Shown here in pieces: positions 33,139 through 38,077 of a stretch of DNA of 38,077 nt (positions are counted from its first letter, which is position 1; the number at the start of each line of letters is the position of its first letter). The notes beneath the pieces were generated by a model. The model had not been told where the DNA came from and did not search any database. It saw nothing but the letters and a program-made list of their open reading frames with translations. Origin of the DNA: Stramenopiles sp. TOSAG23-2 (Eukaryota); assembly GCA_900128395.1 (NCBI GenBank), contig LT649320.1, positions 1-38,077 on the forward strand. Reading direction: 5' to 3'. Position numbers and translations under genes: made by a program.

Positions 33139-34019
33139 CTTTTATGTCCTAGTATATAGGTATGTATTTATATATGCAAATATTGCAACAAAACTAATTT
33201 TCTATTGAAAAATACAAATAATGTGGGGAATACAAATACAAACTTCTATATCTATATCTATATATAATTGATGTTTGTGATGTCGTTGTATTAGTGTATA
33301 TTACGTATTAATAGTCTAGTATGGTATTTATTATTATTATTACAGTTGTTGTTGTTGTTTAGCTGGTTAGTGCTTTATGTGAAATAAATAATACGCAACA
33401 ACACGACTAACGGTATTTTCATCCTATCGATCTGTTTTCTGCTTTGTTCTTACCTGGTATCAGAGAGAGGATAGGTATATTTATATTATACTAATTGGTA
33501 CCAGCTTACTCATGTCTTGTATCTTCTCAGTTCTTAGTGGTTCTAGTCGTAAAAGTATTATACAGTACCACAACAGTACTGCTGGACTGTACAAAAAGGA
33601 TACTGTAATACTATTTTTAAAAAGTTGCAACAGAAAAAAAAAAAAGTCTGTTGTTGTTGCAACCTTAAAAAGATGGGAAAGCCGCCTGGAAAGCAAACAA
33701 TAAAAGGAATGGTTTGCAATCATCATCTGGCATACGAATAGCATAGCGGGGTTTCCTGAGTACTTTCTGGCTAATAAAATCTGGCAATCATCGTGATGGC
33801 AATGCAATGAACACACTTTTTATTACAAACTATAAAGATATCCAAAGATAGATTAGATACCATCGAGTAAAATATACATTGAAGTTATAAACGAATCGCT
33901 GTTGTGTTCTCATTATTTCAGATTTTATTCATATAATCATATATATAGAGAGATAGATTAGAGTTGCGCTTCTAATAAGTTAGAATACTAAATTAATTAA
34001 TTCAATACAGAAGGATAAC

Positions 34020-35120
34020 ATGAGTAACTTGGAAAAAAATAAAGTGACGTCGGCGTTGGTAAGTATTTTCTGTCGACAATATTACCCCTTAATATAGATC
34101 CAATGCTAACAATACTGATTTGAATCAAAATACTAGCCATTATTATCAAGTTTAGCGTATGCTTGTTGCTCTATAGGTATGATATTGTTTAACAAAGCCC
34201 TGGTATCAACATTTCAATATACGCATTTTACGACGTTAATTATGATACAAAATACAATAGGATTAACTTGCTTATTATTACTACGAAATTACATAGATTT
34301 TATAAAGTTTCCTATAAATTTAGATTTGAACTTGGTAAAAGTGTGGATTCCTGCTAATTTATTCTTTGTGTTCATGCTGTATACGGGTTCAGGGAGTTTG
34401 CATGGATTGCCTGTTCAACTTGTTACCGTATTCAAAAACACAACAAATGTTATTATCGCATTTGGCGATTATTTTCTTTTCAATAACGAAACTTCATCTA
34501 TGGGTATCTTTAGTTTTGTATTAACCCTTCTAGCTACGTTATATACTGCGAAAGAAGATTTTGAACATCATCAACGAATCCAAGGTTACATTTACATGAC
34601 TTTGAATTGCTTAACAACCGCAGGTTATGTTTTGTATTTAAGATACGCCATTAAGAAAACTAAATTTACACGTTTTGGTGCGGCATATTATAACAATGTG
34701 CTATCGATTCCAATACTTTTCATATTTTCATGTGTCAATAATGGTAACCCAATTAAGCCCTTTTTGCATGATGCATTTTCAAATTTTTCATTTTGCTTCA
34801 TGCTTCTTTGCACTGGCGCATTAGGTGTTACACTTTCTATATCAGCAATGTGGTGTATTGAATCAACATCTGCAACGACATATTGTGTTGTAGGAGCGGC
34901 AAATAAAGTTGTATTAGCTATACTTGGTGTTGTATTTTTCCACAGCAAGATTACGCAAAAAACTTGGATATTTATAGTTGTAGGTATACTTGCAGGTTTA
35001 TTGTATGGCTTGTCTAAATTACCATCTGCTAAAACAGATGATGATAAAAAAAAAAATGATGATAAAAACAATACGAGGAGTACAATTCCATTGAAAAATA
35101 TTAAAAGTAGTGCTGTATGA
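34020..35120 (+). CDS. Golgi GDP-sugar (GDP-mannose/fucose) transporter, VRG4/GONST-like (exons 34020-34058 and 34137-35120)
   Basis: The spliced N-terminus reads MSNLEKNKVTSAL|PLLSSLAYACCSIGMILFNK. Also TVFKNTTN, YYNNVLS and TSATTYCVVGAANK (GALNK-like motif). Confidence 0.88.
34059..34136 (+). other. Spliceosomal intron (78 nt)
   Basis: GTAAGT donor, TGCTAAC branch at 34104-34110, CTAG acceptor. It contains an in-frame stop, and removal gives the conserved TM1. Confidence 0.88.
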
Positions 35121-35367
35121 GAGAGAAAAATATACGAGTGTGTAATGTGTGGGCTAATGCAAAAGATTTCAAAATATTTTTAAAAAGTACGAATATGATA
35201 CCTGTAAAAATAATTGACATAGATATGATATAATATCATACAAAAGCTCGTACGATTTTTCGTTCTAGTAATTTCTTAATTCCGTCACTTATATCTCCCA
35301 TGTATCATATTATCAAATATTAATATACTCGTAATATTTAGTATAATTAACGCTATATAACTTATTC

Positions 35368-35410
35368 TTTAATTTACTCATGATAATTCCTTACTCTCCA
35401 GAAAAAATAC
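35368..35410. repeat. Dispersed repeat family, copy C (terminal fragment)
   Basis: TTTAATTTACTCATGATAATTCCTTACTCTCCAGAAAAAATAC differs from the reverse complement of 12788-12829 by one indel and one substitution. Confidence 0.85.
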
Positions 35411-35675
35411 GAAGTACGAACCTCGTACAAAATATATTACATCATTTATAAAATTAATTTAATAATTTAAATATTAAAAAAACAAATATACAGAGGTGCG
35501 TGTATGTGAAATTAAATTCATAAAACACGACTAAAGTCATGTGTACAGATATTATAATACGAGAGAGTAATATATACGAGTATATATACGACTCGTATTA
35601 TATATAATTTTTTTCTAAATATTTTTTTTCAAAAATAAAATAACATACCCACACCAAAAACATAAAACATGTGTG

Positions 35676-37922
35676 TTACTGTCCATCACCGAACCAACAC
35701 AATCGTACAATTATTTGATTATTGCCATCTTGAATTGTGCTAATATTATTTGGACAACCAAGGTATTCCCCTGATTCTTGATTAACACTAATTACTGGAA
35801 TATGAATTTCTTTTTCTAGGGGATCGCCAACATTCATCTTTGCACGCACCGGTAAGTCTGCTTTTCCATCTTTTTTTTGACAACAAAATATTAACATCTT
35901 AGCTCCAGCTTGGCAAGCCTCATATGCAATTGTGCCGAAACTAGTTGATTCTGGAAACCCAGCTGCCGGCCTGCTTACCAAAAGTGCTTTCCCCATGCTC
36001 GTTGATGAGTCAATTTTTGGTACGCCGTTTATATCAGTTACACATATAACTGGCAAATGCATTGATGAATAATTAGACTGCTTTCCAAACTTTGCTCGTT
36101 TACAATCCATCATGTTGCAACTTTGTTCTACGTTTAATTTCTCATCAATAATCCTGCCCTCAATTTTTAAACGAGGTCTTTGTACAACGGCAATGGAAAA
36201 CATTGGCGCACTTCCTATCTTCAAAACATATTGACCAGCTAAGTCTGGATATGGATATGCAGGGTTATGGTCAGTTGCGCCTGGTATTCTACCCCATGAA
36301 AATACTTGCCCACTACTAGTCAACGCAGTTGTATGCATTTTACCACACACCACGTCTTTGATATACAATTGTACATTTTCTAAATATTTATTGTTTTCCT
36401 TACTATTTGTACTTCCAATAAGGAAATCATCCCTCAAAACCACTTCAACTGGTTCAGCGATAAACGCACGGGAGGAAGATAAACTGAAAAATATTTTTGA
36501 TAAATTTTCATCAACATCCACATTGTTACTGTTTTCATCGATGCCATTATTTAAACTATTGGACGTTACCTGGCCATACTGATTACGACCCCACATAAAC
36601 AATTTTCCATCATCAAACAATGCAGCAAAATGTCTTCCTCCATTAGCAACTTTAATGCACTTTGCCTTTACCCTTTTTGCACTTTCTGGAAATTTTACCC
36701 GCTTGAAAATTGACTTTGATGCTCCATCATCACTGAACGTAATTTGCGTTGTTCCATCATCATTCCCGCTTGAATAAATTCTACCATCGTTAGTCAAAGC
36801 CAGTATGGATCGTTCGCCACATGCTACTTGTTTCATGTTGTTTATTAATTTATTGTACGAGCTTCTTTCTACAGTATCGTCCCCATCATTGCTTATGTTG
36901 TTGTCAGTATTGTTTGCTGACAATATTGTATACATACTTCCTCTACGTTTCAAGGCAGAAACAGGTTCGGCAATACCATCGCGTACACCACGGTGATTCA
37001 TCACACTATCCTCGTCTTTCTTTTTAAAAGCTAATTCTTGTTTCATTTTGGCACTAAGCTCAACATCATGTACTTCGCCCTCTGCATCATTTTTCCATAA
37101 GTAGACACCCAATTTTCCTTTGTCCTTCGAACTTTTTGATTCATGTGCAATTGCCATATTTCCCTGTCCTTGACAACAAAATAAATCTTTGTCTAACACA
37201 TTTAACAATGGGATAGGATGAAAATATTGGCTACCACCAAAATTATATAACTTATATCTTGTTTTCCGATTTGNNNNNNNCCCACACTCAATATCGTGAA
37301 CAGATATTTTTCTTTTTAAATTTTCTTCCATACTTGGTACTATTGGTATTATTTCACCCTTTGCATCGTCAACACTTTTATATAATGCAGACGTCCCATA
37401 TCCACAAGAATATAATTTATCATCTTTAGTAAATATAATAATTTGAGATTCCCCTCCACATACTTTTTTAATATTTTCTGCTTTCAAATCATTCACATTG
37501 TCAAACGACAATACGAATTGTGCGCTTTCAGCTAGTTGCGATTCGCCTTTTTTATCACTACTTGACATAGCACCACATAAAAATGCTAGTTTTCTAAATC
37601 CAAATTTACCAGTAGCACCCCCTTTTTTTGTACCATCTTCAATATCATTAGTATTCAAAGCAGATACTTCAGAATCATCTGCCATCCTACCCCATATATA
37701 CAAACCACCTTTCTTTTGATAACTAATTGATGGTGGTGGTAGACCTTCCGATGATACATGTGCCGGCAAACCATTGTATTTGCTTTTTGTAATACATTCT
37801 TTTTCAATTAAACCACGTGGTATTGTTAATTTATTATTATAACTCTCATAATTACTATTATTATTGGAAGAAGATATTATTGTAGACGACTTATTATTAT
37901 TAGAAGTAGCGATCGATGCCAT
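35676..37922 (-). CDS. RCC1-repeat protein with a C-terminal PA (protease-associated)-like domain
   Basis: VACGERSILALTNDGRIYSSG, GGRHFAALFDDGKLFMWGRNQYGQ, VVCGKMHTTALTSSGQVFSWG. GKALLVSR..FGTIAYEACQAGAKMLI..IHIPVISVNQESGEYL is PA-like. A 7-N gap at 37274-37280 makes frame continuity uncertain. Confidence 0.8.
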   Translation of the reverse strand: MASIATSNNNKSSTIISSSNNNSNYESYNNKLTIPRGLIEKECITKSKYNGLPAHVSSEGLPPPSISYQKKGGLYIWGRMADDSEVSALNTNDIEDGTKKGGATGKFGFRKLAFLCGAMSSSDKKGESQLAESAQFVLSFDNVNDLKAENIKKVCGGESQIIIFTKDDKLYSCGYGTSALYKSVDDAKGEIIPIVPSMEENLKRKISVHDIECGXXXNRKTRYKLYNFGGSQYFHPIPLLNVLDKDLFCCQGQGNMAIAHESKSSKDKGKLGVYLWKNDAEGEVHDVELSAKMKQELAFKKKDEDSVMNHRGVRDGIAEPVSALKRRGSMYTILSANNTDNNISNDGDDTVERSSYNKLINNMKQVACGERSILALTNDGRIYSSGNDDGTTQITFSDDGASKSIFKRVKFPESAKRVKAKCIKVANGGRHFAALFDDGKLFMWGRNQYGQVTSNSLNNGIDENSNNVDVDENLSKIFFSLSSSRAFIAEPVEVVLRDDFLIGSTNSKENNKYLENVQLYIKDVVCGKMHTTALTSSGQVFSWGRIPGATDHNPAYPYPDLAGQYVLKIGSAPMFSIAVVQRPRLKIEGRIIDEKLNVEQSCNMMDCKRAKFGKQSNYSSMHLPVICVTDINGVPKIDSSTSMGKALLVSRPAAGFPESTSFGTIAYEACQAGAKMLIFCCQKKDGKADLPVRAKMNVGDPLEKEIHIPVISVNQESGEYLGCPNNISTIQDGNNQIIVRLCWFGDGQ

Positions 37923-38077
37923 GTTTTCAATTAAAACATACAGCTACGAAGTTATACAAATTTCTTCAATCTATCTTTACATTTAGTATGAAAAAAAAAT
38001 TTAAAAATATAGATATCGTGTGTTTTCTTTTTTAAATATTTAATTTTGTTGTTTGCCGGTTTGTATTTTTATCTCGT

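Overview
AT-rich eukaryotic nuclear DNA with few introns and the standard genetic code. It most likely comes from a flagellated protist, possibly a stramenopile (inferred from gene content and architecture only). About 20 protein-coding genes are supported: a PKG-like kinase, a secreted Frizzled-CRD-like protein, ATP synthase subunit d (1 intron), proteasome alpha-1, an Asp/Asn beta-hydroxylase-like enzyme, an MFS transporter, ankyrin, lebercilin-IQ, PDZ, RNF10, MORN, ODAD1-like, a GDP-sugar transporter (1 intron), RCC1-PA and several unknowns. There are two assembly gaps. The main unexplained structure is in the non-coding DNA: (1) all 20 genes strictly alternate strand; (2) head-to-head spacers carry a TAGACTA motif oriented toward each flanking gene, plus short GC-richer repeats including a higher-order minisatellite; (3) tail-to-tail spacers carry a dispersed ~180-bp hairpin-containing repeat family and recurrent TACG..CGTA palindromes. 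No rRNA, tRNA, CRISPR or transposase was recognised.
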